Source of the DNA: a virus
Taxonomy: Duplodnaviria; Caudoviricetes
Length of the DNA stretch: 47,792 nucleotides
Virus record (IMG/VR): IMGVR_UViG_3300020045_002718
Location: 1 to 47,792 of that record
Reading direction: 5' to 3' (one strand)
Positions 27,176 to 36,529 of the stretch are shown here, piece by piece. A model generated the notes under the pieces. The model was not told the DNA's origin. It searched no databases and was given only the letters and a program-made list of their open reading frames with translations. Position 1 is the first letter of the stretch; each line of letters starts with the position of its first letter. Position numbers and translations under genes: made by a program.

Positions 27176-28704
27176 TAGGCTCCTACAGGTTTACTAAGTA
27201 GTTCGTCTCCAAAGAGTTGCCAAGCAGGGTTAGTACTATTTTCCTGTAGACGTATCTGAATATACTTACCAAGACGGTCTATACCAATGGGTACGATAAC
27301 CGCCTCACTCCCACCAAGTACGCTGGTGCCTAATACAAATGTTGTACCTAACAAGTCACCCGTACCCCTAAGACTAGGTGAGTGTATGGTCTGTAAGCTA
27401 GTACTAAATTCCATACTAGCCAGCATATCTACAGTAAATAACCCCGTAGCCTTCATAGTCAGGTTAATCTGACGCCACTTCTGCATAGCTGCACGTTGCT
27501 GCTTCTCAGAGGGCTTACGGCTTAGTGTGTAGTGTGACGGTATAGTCGCTCCATCATCATCATTACCTGAATCTGCTCGCCAAGCATAACCTGTATAGCC
27601 TGCTTGGAGTAACCTGTTCTCTCCGGTAGATGTACGAGCTACAGTAGCTGCGTTACAAGCTACATTTGTAAATGGGAAGGCTGCTTTTGAGAATAGGTCA
27701 TAGACCATACAGTTCTGGTTAGAGGTAGCAGAGTCTTCTGCATAGTGCAGCATGTACCAATTACGTTCTGGCCAGTATACTGCTTGCACCTCATCAAATA
27801 GAGCCGCACTCATCCTGTCTACTGTGTGTGCAGAGGAGAAGGTTGATCTATGGTCAAACTTAAAGGACACACGGGCAGTTGTAGAGCCATCAAATATGTA
27901 TAGTTGTTTATTTGGTGTAAGGTACATAATGACATTACCTACACCTTGTATGTTAACGGGAATAACTGATCCGGGAGATAGTGTACCGGGACCGGCTACG
28001 AAGCGGGTGCCATAACGGGGATTGCCTCCTAAGTCATCTATGCGGTACCAACCTTGTACACCAAAGCCAAAGAGTCTGCCTCGCAATGACTTGAATCCTA
28101 ATATAGTGTCTGTACTGCTTAGCTGAATCTTATCGTTAGTGGTGTCAAAAGAGAGTGTGTTTGTGGGACTGAAGTATGTCACACCCTCAAATCCAGCTAG
28201 ACCACATACCCAGAGTCTACCGGTAACATCATCCGCATAACCATACTTAAAGGCTGCAGCACCACTAATTGTAGCGGTTGCCCCAGCAGACCCGTCCCAA
28301 GACTGTGGATTGACAGAACCGTCATGCGCGAAGATGACTGCCTTACTTAAGTAACTGACAATCTCACAGCGAGAGTTGGGAAGGCTAAGGGTGTCTGTAA
28401 CTGCATCCCATGTACCATCAAGGCCGTCCATTTTGTAGAACCCATCATCCCATACAGCTACTTGCTTAAGGTTCGTAGTACTAAGAGCTAGCTCACTAAG
28501 CGCATTAGCCTTAGCAGTAGCACCTACAGCAGAGGTATTTAACTTAGCCTTTCCTTTACGTTTCTCTATGGAGGCAAATACATTGGAGTGTACATTGGCG
28601 CAGTCAGGAGTCTCATTCTGTGTGTGATTAAGTGGATTCTCTGCGGCATTAAGCCCACCTGAATAATCTGTCTGAACCTCAGCGGTAACCTGTTTAACTG
28701 GCAT
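27172..28704 (-). CDS. Tail nozzle / DNA-stabilisation protein (P22 gp10 / T7 gp12-like)
   Basis: Probable start MPVKQ at 28704; DYSGGLN...NV...IEKRKG N-terminus, beta-propeller-like body, GKYIQIRL C-terminus. Confidence 0.75.
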   Translation of the reverse strand: MPVKQVTAEVQTDYSGGLNAAENPLNHTQNETPDCANVHSNVFASIEKRKGKAKLNTSAVGATAKANALSELALSTTNLKQVAVWDDGFYKMDGLDGTWDAVTDTLSLPNSRCEIVSYLSKAVIFAHDGSVNPQSWDGSAGATATISGAAAFKYGYADDVTGRLWVCGLAGFEGVTYFSPTNTLSFDTTNDKIQLSSTDTILGFKSLRGRLFGFGVQGWYRIDDLGGNPRYGTRFVAGPGTLSPGSVIPVNIQGVGNVIMYLTPNKQLYIFDGSTTARVSFKFDHRSTFSSAHTVDRMSAALFDEVQAVYWPERNWYMLHYAEDSATSNQNCMVYDLFSKAAFPFTNVACNAATVARTSTGENRLLQAGYTGYAWRADSGNDDDGATIPSHYTLSRKPSEKQQRAAMQKWRQINLTMKATGLFTVDMLASMEFSTSLQTIHSPSLRGTGDLLGTTFVLGTSVLGGSEAVIVPIGIDRLGKYIQIRLQENSTNPAWQLFGDELLSKPVGAY

Positions 28705-28705
28705 A

Positions 28706-29830
28706 TTATCGTCTAACCCCTGTACTTTGATAGACTGTTCGCATACGCTGTTTACCGTAATTAACACGATTCTCTGCACGAGCAAGGCTGCCCAGCACAC
28801 CTTCAGGAATACCAGATAGCTTTAACCATCTACTGTAACCTGCCTCATCATCTTGATGAGAAGCGGCAAGAGCAGCAATTCCATAGATGATAGCGTTCTG
28901 GTAGACTTCAGGAATCTTAGTAAACACCTGACTAGCTGTATAAGCTGCACCAGTTACGGTACTTCCCTTATAGACACTGGCTAAGACAATACCTGTGTCG
29001 CTGCCAACAGAACTGATCTTGAACCAACGGGAGTCGTTGTCTATACGAAAGTAGTCACCCGCCACTACATTGGTAGACCATACAGTACCTGTACCGGTAA
29101 CTGTAGTACTGTTATTAGTAACAGCTACTGTACCAGTTACATACTCTGTAAGTTCTGTAAGTGCTGGTATGTACTCATAGTATATAAGGGTATCTGCATC
29201 AAAGGGGCCATCAAATTGGATTTGATAGTTGTCACTTGCGTCCTTAGACGGACTTAGGCGGAAGAATCTGGGTTGGTTGGAGTTAGTAATCTGAGCTTCA
29301 AGAAATAGCCCATCTTCTTTGAAGTCAATATATTGTACTGTTCCACTATCCCGGTACCATATACGGGGGTTCGTTGTGAATCGGTCAAAGTCACTGGCTA
29401 GACTCATTAAGTCTTGGTAGAGGATATAAGAGTTACCACTAGTAAGGGTGCCTTTGTAAGTACGTTTCAGAGTAAGTTGAGTAGCACTATCCCTAGTAAG
29501 TACTTCATAGATGTTGTCATCCCCAGATATCTTTAGCTTCCAACCTACGCCAGCAGCGGTAGGAAATGTGGTGCTAGCACCCGTAACTGTAGCACTAGCA
29601 TCAGCCACTGTAACAGTACCTGTACTATAGGATGAGTTAACTAGAATAGGTGTACTGACCTCCTTACGAAGGAAGTCAAATTCAAGGACTTGGGGAATAG
29701 CTTGAGTGTATATAATGTTACAGAGGTTCTTGTAGAGCCGTTCTGTGTCAGAATCAACTCGTCTGTCTCCCACAATTAACTTCGCGCGCTCCCACGCTTC
29801 TGTAAAGGGAATGATAATATTATTTGGCAT
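28706..29830 (-). CDS. Head-tail adaptor with two inserted beta-rich repeats
   Basis: FDFLRKE, LASDFDRF, IPEVYQNAIIYG adaptor-like motifs; directly upstream of the nozzle gene. Confidence 0.7.
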   Translation of the reverse strand: MPNNIIIPFTEAWERAKLIVGDRRVDSDTERLYKNLCNIIYTQAIPQVLEFDFLRKEVSTPILVNSSYSTGTVTVADASATVTGASTTFPTAAGVGWKLKISGDDNIYEVLTRDSATQLTLKRTYKGTLTSGNSYILYQDLMSLASDFDRFTTNPRIWYRDSGTVQYIDFKEDGLFLEAQITNSNQPRFFRLSPSKDASDNYQIQFDGPFDADTLIYYEYIPALTELTEYVTGTVAVTNNSTTVTGTGTVWSTNVVAGDYFRIDNDSRWFKISSVGSDTGIVLASVYKGSTVTGAAYTASQVFTKIPEVYQNAIIYGIAALAASHQDDEAGYSRWLKLSGIPEGVLGSLARAENRVNYGKQRMRTVYQSTGVRR

Positions 29831-29832
29831 AG

Positions 29833-30258
29833 TTACCTCAGTAAGTTAGCAAGTAGTTCGTTGGGGTCAAAGCCTCTGTCTTGAAGGTACTTTAACTTTC
29901 CCTTCGCGCCTGTTTGGTCAAACTTAGCAATTGCCTGAGCTACCGTAGGATTCCTAGGAAGACCGTAATTACCGGGTACGTCGGCATACTTTTTGAACTG
30001 CTCCTTAACTGCTAAAGGTACCTGTTTAGGATCCTCTAAGTAGATAAAGTTCTGCCGGTCAGCGGGCTTTACAATACGTCTATTAACCCGGAAGCCATGA
30101 ATAGTATCCCAATTTGCCATAGCATCATTTGTGATACGAAATGGTGTCTGACCCGAAAGGAGACCCTCATGCTGCAAAATAGCACTAACAAAGTCATCGG
30201 CTGAGCCATTGTTTTGATAGAATGACTCATCCACAGCATTTAATTTTTGTGTAGCCAT
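29833..30258 (-). CDS. Possible lysozyme-like protein
   Basis: Probable start MATQKL; AILQHEG and PTVAQAIAKF resemble lysozyme-fold phage proteins; function tentative. Confidence 0.4.
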   Translation of the reverse strand: MATQKLNAVDESFYQNNGSADDFVSAILQHEGLLSGQTPFRITNDAMANWDTIHGFRVNRRIVKPADRQNFIYLEDPKQVPLAVKEQFKKYADVPGNYGLPRNPTVAQAIAKFDQTGAKGKLKYLQDRGFDPNELLANLLR

Positions 30259-30259
30259 A

Positions 30260-30550
30260 TTAGACCAAATACACCAACACGTTAGTAACGTCAGTAAGAG
30301 TAGTAGCCCAGATGCCATCAAACTCTTGACCGTCAAATGGAATGTATACACTTTGCTCACTGTCTGTTAACTGGTTAGTATATCGAAAGTTCTCAACTGC
30401 CCCAGCTACACCATCACGGTTATTGTTAAGTACAACTAAGAAGGTATCTGCACTAGGATTGATAAGGATACCCCGGACCTTAACCTTACGCGTGATGACC
30501 GATCCCGTTGAGTCAATAACGATTGGATTTGCGTTTAAATTATTCGCCAT
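30260..30550 (-). CDS. Small beta-rich putative virion protein
   Basis: AGGAG RBS; IPFDGQEFDGIW jelly-roll-like pattern. Confidence 0.6.
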   Translation of the reverse strand: MANNLNANPIVIDSTGSVITRKVKVRGILINPSADTFLVVLNNNRDGVAGAVENFRYTNQLTDSEQSVYIPFDGQEFDGIWATTLTDVTNVLVYLV

Positions 30551-30565
30551 TTAAGTTCTCCTAAG

Positions 30566-30841
30566 TTACTTACGCTTACGTTCCATTAAGTGAATGATTA
30601 AGTAATAAGTGAAGCTCATTAAGATGATCGTAAATACCCATGCTTGCCACTCATTGTCAACTGCCCACGCAGAGAAGTGCTGACTAATTGTATGCCCTGT
30701 TTGAAGCTTACTGAATAACTCCATCCCCCCAAGAGATATACCAATTAGGGCTAGGAGTCCCGCAAAGTGGTATTGCTCGCATAGAGTAAGCCACACAGTA
30801 CCTACTACAAGTATGATTACTAAAGCTTGCCAATCAAACAT
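30566..30841 (-). CDS. Membrane protein (about 3 TM)
   Basis: Hydrophobic segments and basic C-terminus. Confidence 0.65.
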   Translation of the reverse strand: MFDWQALVIILVVGTVWLTLCEQYHFAGLLALIGISLGGMELFSKLQTGHTISQHFSAWAVDNEWQAWVFTIILMSFTYYLIIHLMERKRK

Positions 30842-30946
30842 TTACTTTCTCCCCGATTCCCAACCTTTTTCGTAGATACAGATACACAGACCAAGTATAA
30901 CTAGTAACCAAAATAATATGCCCCCAAGCTTTAGGAACAGTTCCAT
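30842..30946 (-). CDS. Single-TM peptide (34 aa, not in track)
   Basis: MELFLKLGGILFWLLVILGLCICIYEKGWESGRK*; abuts both neighbours. Confidence 0.55.
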   Translation of the reverse strand: MELFLKLGGILFWLLVILGLCICIYEKGWESGRK

Positions 30947-31068
30947 CTACCACTCCCACTTCCATTTAATTCCGATCTTCATGTCTTCACCAAAGTCTTC
31001 ATCGTAAATACCACCGCCTACTACCTCTAGATGACTCCCAAACTTAACGGTGTTGTAGGTTAAGGAGC

Positions 31069-31416
31069 TTAGCCGTTTTTTAAGGGCTTCAGGGCATTGA
31101 CAAAATCGACGTATGCTGCACGGGCAAGAGTCTCTGCCTTGTCTAAAGGGATACGCCCATTGGAGAGCTTGTTAATCATCATGGCCGCCTCGATAAGTTT
31201 CTCCCGGCCTTTCTGCGTGTCAGGACCGAACTTATCTTCAGCAAACTTAACAGCAATACCAGCATAGTAATCATCACGCTGTGTCCTAGAGTTCTTAACA
31301 AGGTTAGTGATTAGGTCACCAGATTTCTTGCCTAGCCAGCCCAATACAGCCGCAAGACCCGCTATAACGATAGGGGCCACTTGTGTAACAATCATGTCAA
31401 CTATCTGCTGTTTCAT
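31069..31416 (-). CDS. Holin, LL-H-like; probable -1 frameshift extension to 30947
   Basis: N-terminal TM, AVKFAE...KGREKL..A, ARAAY; ends in TTA AAA AAC GGC TAA. Confidence 0.7.
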   Translation of the reverse strand: MKQQIVDMIVTQVAPIVIAGLAAVLGWLGKKSGDLITNLVKNSRTQRDDYYAGIAVKFAEDKFGPDTQKGREKLIEAAMMINKLSNGRIPLDKAETLARAAYVDFVNALKPLKNG

Positions 31417-31425
31417 ACGTCCCCC

Positions 31426-31914
31426 CTATACAATGAATGGTGTGAATATTCTAGAACTAAATAGTACTAACCCTTCTTCAACAGGAGCCTTCTTAAATGG
31501 GTTCCATACACCAAAGGCTATTGCTGTCAGTACACTTACGGCTAGCTGTACAGCATAGATTAGCCAGTTTCCTGAGATAAATACTAGATATAGTGGTGTC
31601 AGGGAGAGTCGCAGTGCCCATACTAGACGACGTACTATCTTCTGCCAGAGGATGTCTGTACCACCGTATCCTAAGTGACTAAGCCCCTTCTCTAGGGGTA
31701 CTGCTGCCACATACAACCACACAAACGTACTAGTCCATATACTATACAGTAATACTAGTATAGTATAACTAATAGGGCCAATGAGACGACGCCACACACG
31801 AGGAGACATACCCCAGTACTTCTTGGATCGCCCTCCACGTGACCAACAAAAGGCGTACCAGACTGTTAGTAATAAACCTACTAGTAACTGATATACTTGA
31901 ATGTCCTCGTTCAT
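31426..31914 (-). CDS. Multi-pass membrane protein
   Basis: Several hydrophobic helices. Confidence 0.65.
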   Translation of the reverse strand: MNEDIQVYQLLVGLLLTVWYAFCWSRGGRSKKYWGMSPRVWRRLIGPISYTILVLLYSIWTSTFVWLYVAAVPLEKGLSHLGYGGTDILWQKIVRRLVWALRLSLTPLYLVFISGNWLIYAVQLAVSVLTAIAFGVWNPFKKAPVEEGLVLFSSRIFTPFIV

Positions 31915-31929
31915 TATTTATACCTACAG

Positions 31930-32154
31930 TTATCCTTTTGCATCCGGAATCATATCCCGTACCTCATCAAGACGCTTCCAGATAGCAGAAATCTGTGTAT
32001 CGCGCTTTTCGAGTTCTCTATCCATACGCATTAAGCCTACGTAAAGATTGTCAAGACGCGCAGCAACTTTAGATGCCCACCATACAGTTGCCCCTGCGTG
32101 TCCTAATATAGCAACTATAACTGCTATGCCTTGAACTGTTAAGTGCAAATCCAT
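31930..32154 (-). CDS. TM plus coiled-coil protein (holin/hemolysin-like)
   Basis: N-terminal TM, VWWASKV, coiled coil. Confidence 0.6.
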   Translation of the reverse strand: MDLHLTVQGIAVIVAILGHAGATVWWASKVAARLDNLYVGLMRMDRELEKRDTQISAIWKRLDEVRDMIPDAKG

Positions 32155-32426
32155 TATTTTTTCCTTTTAACAATCTCAACTAAACTCTCAGAGATTGCGT
32201 TCTGTTGCATATTAAAAGCCTGCTGGCTGACGTTTAGGGCTTTCTGTTCGTAAACGATCTTACTTAAGTCGTCCACCTTTTCTTCCGTCTTTTCGACCTT
32301 CTTGTCAACTATTTCAGTCTTTGACGCCGTGACAGCCCACGCGGAAGCAAGCCCTACGACAGAAAGGGCAACGCCGAAAGCAACGCTGATCGTTTTCCAG
32401 TTCAGTTTACTTTTAGATTTTGCCAT
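32154..32426 (-). CDS. TM plus coiled-coil protein
   Basis: N-terminal TM, heptad pattern. Confidence 0.6.
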   Translation of the reverse strand: MAKSKSKLNWKTISVAFGVALSVVGLASAWAVTASKTEIVDKKVEKTEEKVDDLSKIVYEQKALNVSQQAFNMQQNAISESLVEIVKRKK

Positions 32427-32613
32427 TCTTGCTGTCCATGCCGTTTAATTTCTGCTCGATACCAGATTGACGTTTTGCAAGTTCTTGTAGAACACCACTT
32501 TCTTGAGCATTTTTAAGAACTGTCTGCTGAACTATCTGCCACGCATTGAAACCGGTAACGAAAATAAAAAGGATTAAGGCGATAACAACCAAGAAAGATT
32601 TCAATTTTTTCAT
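32413..32613 (-). CDS. TM plus coiled-coil protein
   Basis: MKKLKSFLVVIALILFIFVTGF. Confidence 0.6.
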   Translation of the reverse strand: MKKLKSFLVVIALILFIFVTGFNAWQIVQQTVLKNAQESGVLQELAKRQSGIEQKLNGMDSKNGKI

Positions 32614-32622
32614 TACATTCTC

Positions 32623-32949
32623 CTACGATTGACAACCGCCGATTGCTATCATGGCGGTTTTTATTCTATTTCGTTTCGTAATGTACAGAGCCGATTGAGC
32701 GTCATAATACGCCTGAGCAGAAATCGTATCCGCTGTTAAGCTACCTTGTCTCAAATCCGCTTTAACCCTTCTCAGAAAATCATTGAAGTCGTTTGACGCG
32801 CTAAACAATTCAGCCCAACTTGCGCTCATGTTAGAAATTGTCGCCTGCTGTTCAGCTACTGTGCAAGTTCCGTTATTTTGAGCGCACGTTGCGAAAGCGT
32901 TGCTCGAAAATGATAAGGTAATGAGTAAAGTCAATAATAGTTTCTTCAT
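32623..32949 (-). CDS. Secreted-type helical protein downstream of the fibre gene
   Basis: AAGGAG RBS then MKKLLLTLLITLSFSSNAFA leader. Confidence 0.65.
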   Translation of the reverse strand: MKKLLLTLLITLSFSSNAFATCAQNNGTCTVAEQQATISNMSASWAELFSASNDFNDFLRRVKADLRQGSLTADTISAQAYYDAQSALYITKRNRIKTAMIAIGGCQS

Positions 32950-32960
32950 GGTTTCTCCTT

Positions 32961-34793
32961 TTAAGATGTGCCTGCACAAAGACAAAGGTCAGCTGTTGCA
33001 TCAGAGCATGAAACTAAATTAGTCACAGCTACTCCCGTTGCGTTTGCAATACCAACGGCACAAGCACTTGTGCATCCGGTAGTGCAAGCCTGATTATCCG
33101 TCTGGTCAACAATCACCCACCCTAAGTCATTTCCAGAGCTTCTGAATGTTCCGGTAGTTGTGAGAGCAGAAGCCGTAATACTAATTTGATTGTCCGTAGC
33201 CCAACCAATAGAGGTGTCGTTTGCACCGTTGTTGAAAGTCAGCGTGTCTGCTGTGAGAACAGCCTCGATAGCCGTTGCTATTTTTAAATTGGTAGTTGTG
33301 GTAGCGTCAATGTCAAGCGTGCTTGCGGCAGAAGAATTTATCTTCTGACCAGAAGCCCTGAATTGAACGCCATTTGTCGTTGTAAAAGTATTAAGAGCAT
33401 TCTTTGCTACTACATTCGTTGCAGAAGGATAAGGGGTTGTCCCGTCATGAAAGGTGGTTGCATAGACAGTTCCCATTCTCTCAGTTGCACTTGCTAAGTT
33501 ATAGCTACCATCACCACCAGAAGGAACCACTACATGGCCGCCCAACACAACGCCTGAGCCGAAGTTGATTTGGTCGAACGACAATATCAGGTCAACTCCA
33601 GGGGATGTTTCCTCTAAGTGCATTTCTGAAGTTGCCGCTTCGTGGTAGAAATCTACCTCTTGACCTGTTCCAAAATACAGATGGATGTCTGATAGTATGT
33701 TCACATAAGCAGAGTGTGAATTGATTCCGCTCCATGTGTTGCTACCGTTCAAGAGTGGAATTGCTGCACCTGAAGTCCCTGTGACAATTTCAGTTGGCCC
33801 AATACAATCAGAGCAAGTCAGGTCAGAGGAATTTGCAGACCGTAAATTCGCAACCTCAGTTGTAGACGCAACTGTAAACGGGGCTGTTCCGGTTGCTACT
33901 GTGGATTGATATGTTCTTCCTGAAACATCACCTTGATAATTAAGCGAGTACACACTTGATTGGTTTAAGAATACTTCATCCACTTTTCCGGTAAACGACA
34001 CCCCAGCGTTATTAGTTCCGTTGTCAAATGGGTCTGCGGTTGTAACCGAATCTGGGTCAGCGTTTAACCTCACTTCGTGCAAAGTTGTAGACCCTGTGTA
34101 GTTTACAAACTCTTTCGTTATCATCGAAGCCGCGTCTACATCGAATACGCGCCATACGTTCGATGCACCGTGAAGTCCAACGGCTCCGGCAGAATGACTG
34201 GCGGTTGTTTCGTAATGCTCGTGGTCAACGGTAGCATAATCTGAATTTATAACTTTCCAATGTAGGTTGTTCGTAAGCCATGCGACTTTATCATCATTCA
34301 TGGTTTGAAGAATCATACTGTAGTTCACCGCAGTAAGGGAGTCGGAAGCTGTCTGGTTAATCCAAGCTGATTCAGGCGTGCTCCCACCGGCCGCGGTCAC
34401 GACATCAGATTGATTGATAAATCCTTTCAGCCACACATCATCAAATTCAAATGTTTGAAGCCCTAAGTCAGTAGTTCCGGCGACAAGGGGAGCAAAATAG
34501 GTAGACGAAATAGCGTAGGTATTTACGCCAGAATTTGTGATACCGATAATACCGGAACCAAATTTATACATTCCTGTTGTTGTGTCTGATGTGAATGACC
34601 ATGAGGGAAGTAACGCCGTGCCGTCTAGGAGTTTTAAAACTCCGGTCATTGGGGAATTTGAGGCGTCGAGTTTGAGGAAGGTTCCGCCGAGAGCTGAAGT
34701 TAATGATGCTGTAGATGGCTGAGGCTTACCCTCAATGCGAGCTGCTATACTAAAAATCCCTATTAGTATAAGTAATATAATTACTTTCCGCAT
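32961..34793 (-). CDS. Long tail-fibre/receptor-binding-like protein with hydrophobic leader and Cys-rich tip
   Basis: DGTALLPSWSFTSDTTTGMY and STVATGTAPFTVASTT fibre motifs; C-terminus ACTTGCTSAC...SCSDATADLCLC. Confidence 0.7.
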   Translation of the reverse strand: MRKVIILLILIGIFSIAARIEGKPQPSTASLTSALGGTFLKLDASNSPMTGVLKLLDGTALLPSWSFTSDTTTGMYKFGSGIIGITNSGVNTYAISSTYFAPLVAGTTDLGLQTFEFDDVWLKGFINQSDVVTAAGGSTPESAWINQTASDSLTAVNYSMILQTMNDDKVAWLTNNLHWKVINSDYATVDHEHYETTASHSAGAVGLHGASNVWRVFDVDAASMITKEFVNYTGSTTLHEVRLNADPDSVTTADPFDNGTNNAGVSFTGKVDEVFLNQSSVYSLNYQGDVSGRTYQSTVATGTAPFTVASTTEVANLRSANSSDLTCSDCIGPTEIVTGTSGAAIPLLNGSNTWSGINSHSAYVNILSDIHLYFGTGQEVDFYHEAATSEMHLEETSPGVDLILSFDQINFGSGVVLGGHVVVPSGGDGSYNLASATERMGTVYATTFHDGTTPYPSATNVVAKNALNTFTTTNGVQFRASGQKINSSAASTLDIDATTTTNLKIATAIEAVLTADTLTFNNGANDTSIGWATDNQISITASALTTTGTFRSSGNDLGWVIVDQTDNQACTTGCTSACAVGIANATGVAVTNLVSCSDATADLCLCAGTS

Positions 34794-35173
34794 ATAAATG
34801 TGACTCCCTCACCATTGACAGAGGAGTCTAAATAGACATCCTGCGCATCATTGAGATCAAGACATATTTCTTCACTGGCCCCTAAGCGATAGCTATTACT
34901 ATCTACAGTAGAGTTACCTACATAGATGATTCCGGTATTGGTGGACTTTGCTTTGATGCAGCAAGAGGATACAGGAGTTGAGGAGGCTACTAACTGAACA
35001 CGCGTACCGGCAGTAGTAACTGTCTTGTTACTAGACGTAACTATTCTAGTAAGGGGAATAAGATTGACGTCTTGAGTAGCCGCAAACGAGTTAGTTAGGC
35101 TTACTGTCATTAGGATAGAGAATACGCTCAAAGCGAATATTCTCTTTAGTGACAGCTTTCTTGACTTCTGCAT
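34781..35173 (-). CDS. Small beta-rich virion-type protein with signal-peptide-like leader
   Basis: AAGGAG 7 nt before ATG 35173; IKAKSTNTGIIYVG motif. Confidence 0.65.
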   Translation of the reverse strand: MQKSRKLSLKRIFALSVFSILMTVSLTNSFAATQDVNLIPLTRIVTSSNKTVTTAGTRVQLVASSTPVSSCCIKAKSTNTGIIYVGNSTVDSNSYRLGASEEICLDLNDAQDVYLDSSVNGEGVTFICGK

Positions 35174-35534
35174 TGAGATGCTCCTTAAATTTGTCATCGA
35201 GTAACTTCATAGCAAAATCGAACCCTTTAGAGAAACCTGCTTCATAACCTGAGCGATGGATACTGTCAGGAAGGCCGGTACGTACCTTAGCTATCTCGGT
35301 ATTTAAGCGATCCTGCTCATAAGATAGATCCTGTCTACGACATTGCAGAGATTCGTGGAGGCCGTCAAGTTCCCTACGAAGGGTCTCATTACGTCTAATA
35401 AGAGGCTCCAACTCTACATTGATAGCAACTTTCTTAGTCTCTGCAGCTAAGATAGCAGCTTGTTCAATCTCATGTTGACGTTTAGCTACTTCGGACTCTA
35501 CACGTTTGGTGACTAGACTTTGGAGCCATCCCAT
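35091..35534 (-). CDS. Coiled-coil hypothetical protein
   Basis: Heptad pattern, GYEAGFSKG. Confidence 0.55.
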   Translation of the reverse strand: MGWLQSLVTKRVESEVAKRQHEIEQAAILAAETKKVAINVELEPLIRRNETLRRELDGLHESLQCRRQDLSYEQDRLNTEIAKVRTGLPDSIHRSGYEAGFSKGFDFAMKLLDDKFKEHLNAEVKKAVTKENIRFERILYPNDSKPN

Positions 35535-35536
35535 AG

Positions 35537-35833
35537 CTATTCCCTCACACCTAAGTAACCAGTAAATGCCTCGTTAGTTGCTACGCTAGTAAGGGCTACA
35601 GTTAAGGTACCTCGTGTAGGAATCTCTACCTCAACATCAAGGGTACCTTCTACAGAGAGATTGCTGTATAAGATGTCTTGGTCAGCATCTTTAATGGTGA
35701 TGTTGTAGGTGTTTGTGGCAGTAGCAGGCTTAACGTAGATATGGTGAATCACTATGCCACTGAACTTAGACGTAGTTATAGTGAGGGTGTTGCTAGCTAC
35801 TGTACCAGATAGACGTTCCTTATGAATAAGCAT
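35537..35833 (-). CDS. Small beta-rich putative virion protein
   Basis: Thr/Val-rich beta pattern. Confidence 0.6.
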   Translation of the reverse strand: MLIHKERLSGTVASNTLTITTSKFSGIVIHHIYVKPATATNTYNITIKDADQDILYSNLSVEGTLDVEVEIPTRGTLTVALTSVATNEAFTGYLGVRE

Positions 35834-35850
35834 GAAGCTGACCTATTCAA

Positions 35851-36132
35851 TTACACTGGCCGTAAGGCTTCAATACCACCCGGCTTGCCGTTGAGGGACT
35901 CATACTCAACAACGAGGCAGCCAACACGAGCTTCCCAATCACGATGCTTTCTAAGGACACCAAGAGAGTTCTGCTTCATCTCACTAACAGAGGGCATACC
36001 TACACGAATAAGATCAACAAGTTCAGCTTTACGTTTCTCAACTGCAACATCCTGTGCTTGTCTGACGTGCTCAGTATCAACCTTAACTGACTTAGGCTTA
36101 CTAACTAACTTAACAGCTTTCTTAGTTGCCAT
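35851..36132 (-). CDS. Paralog 3 of tandem GMP-x3-EM family
   Basis: Start MATKK after AGGAG; GMPSVSEM...RKHRDWE...IEALR. Confidence 0.65.
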   Translation of the reverse strand: MATKKAVKLVSKPKSVKVDTEHVRQAQDVAVEKRKAELVDLIRVGMPSVSEMKQNSLGVLRKHRDWEARVGCLVVEYESLNGKPGGIEALRPV

Positions 36133-36142
36133 TGTTATTCTC

Positions 36143-36529
36143 CTAATACCATTTAGCAAGCTTGTCAGCTTCACCTTGTTTACGTAGGTGCTCAACACGG
36201 CCTGCGTTAGGGTTATCTGGTTCAAGGCGTCGCTTTAAGTTTTTGAGTTCCTCGATACGGGTAGCATTTGCTTTCTCCCAACCGAGATGTTTCTGAATGT
36301 TTTCTTGAGTGGGTTTCCACATCTCTGTGTGTGTGGGCATACCATTAGCAATCTCAGTTTCAAGGTCACGTATGCGGCTTGCCATACGGTCCTTATCCTG
36401 AGGAGCTATAGGCTCAGACTTCCACTTCTCACGTAGACGGTCCATATCTGACTTAGCATCAGAGTCATCACGAAGCATATTACGTTCATCGTAATCAATG
36501 GAGCCACGGGTACGTTTGTCTGTGTTCAT
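36143..36529 (-). CDS. Paralog 2 of tandem GMP-x3-EM family
   Basis: GMPTHTEM...QKHLGWE...VEHLR. Confidence 0.7.
   Translation of the reverse strand: MNTDKRTRGSIDYDERNMLRDDSDAKSDMDRLREKWKSEPIAPQDKDRMASRIRDLETEIANGMPTHTEMWKPTQENIQKHLGWEKANATRIEELKNLKRRLEPDNPNAGRVEHLRKQGEADKLAKWY

Noticed and set aside
27172-30360. Track N-terminal extensions of 27172..28800 and 29833..30360 as additional signal peptides
   Set aside because: They overlap upstream genes by ~100 nt, and the downstream ATGs (28704, 30258) sit right after the upstream stops, so those are the more plausible starts.
26023-34793. Diversity-generating retroelement or invertible fibre cassette
   Set aside because: I saw no reverse transcriptase, template/variable repeat pair or recombinase.
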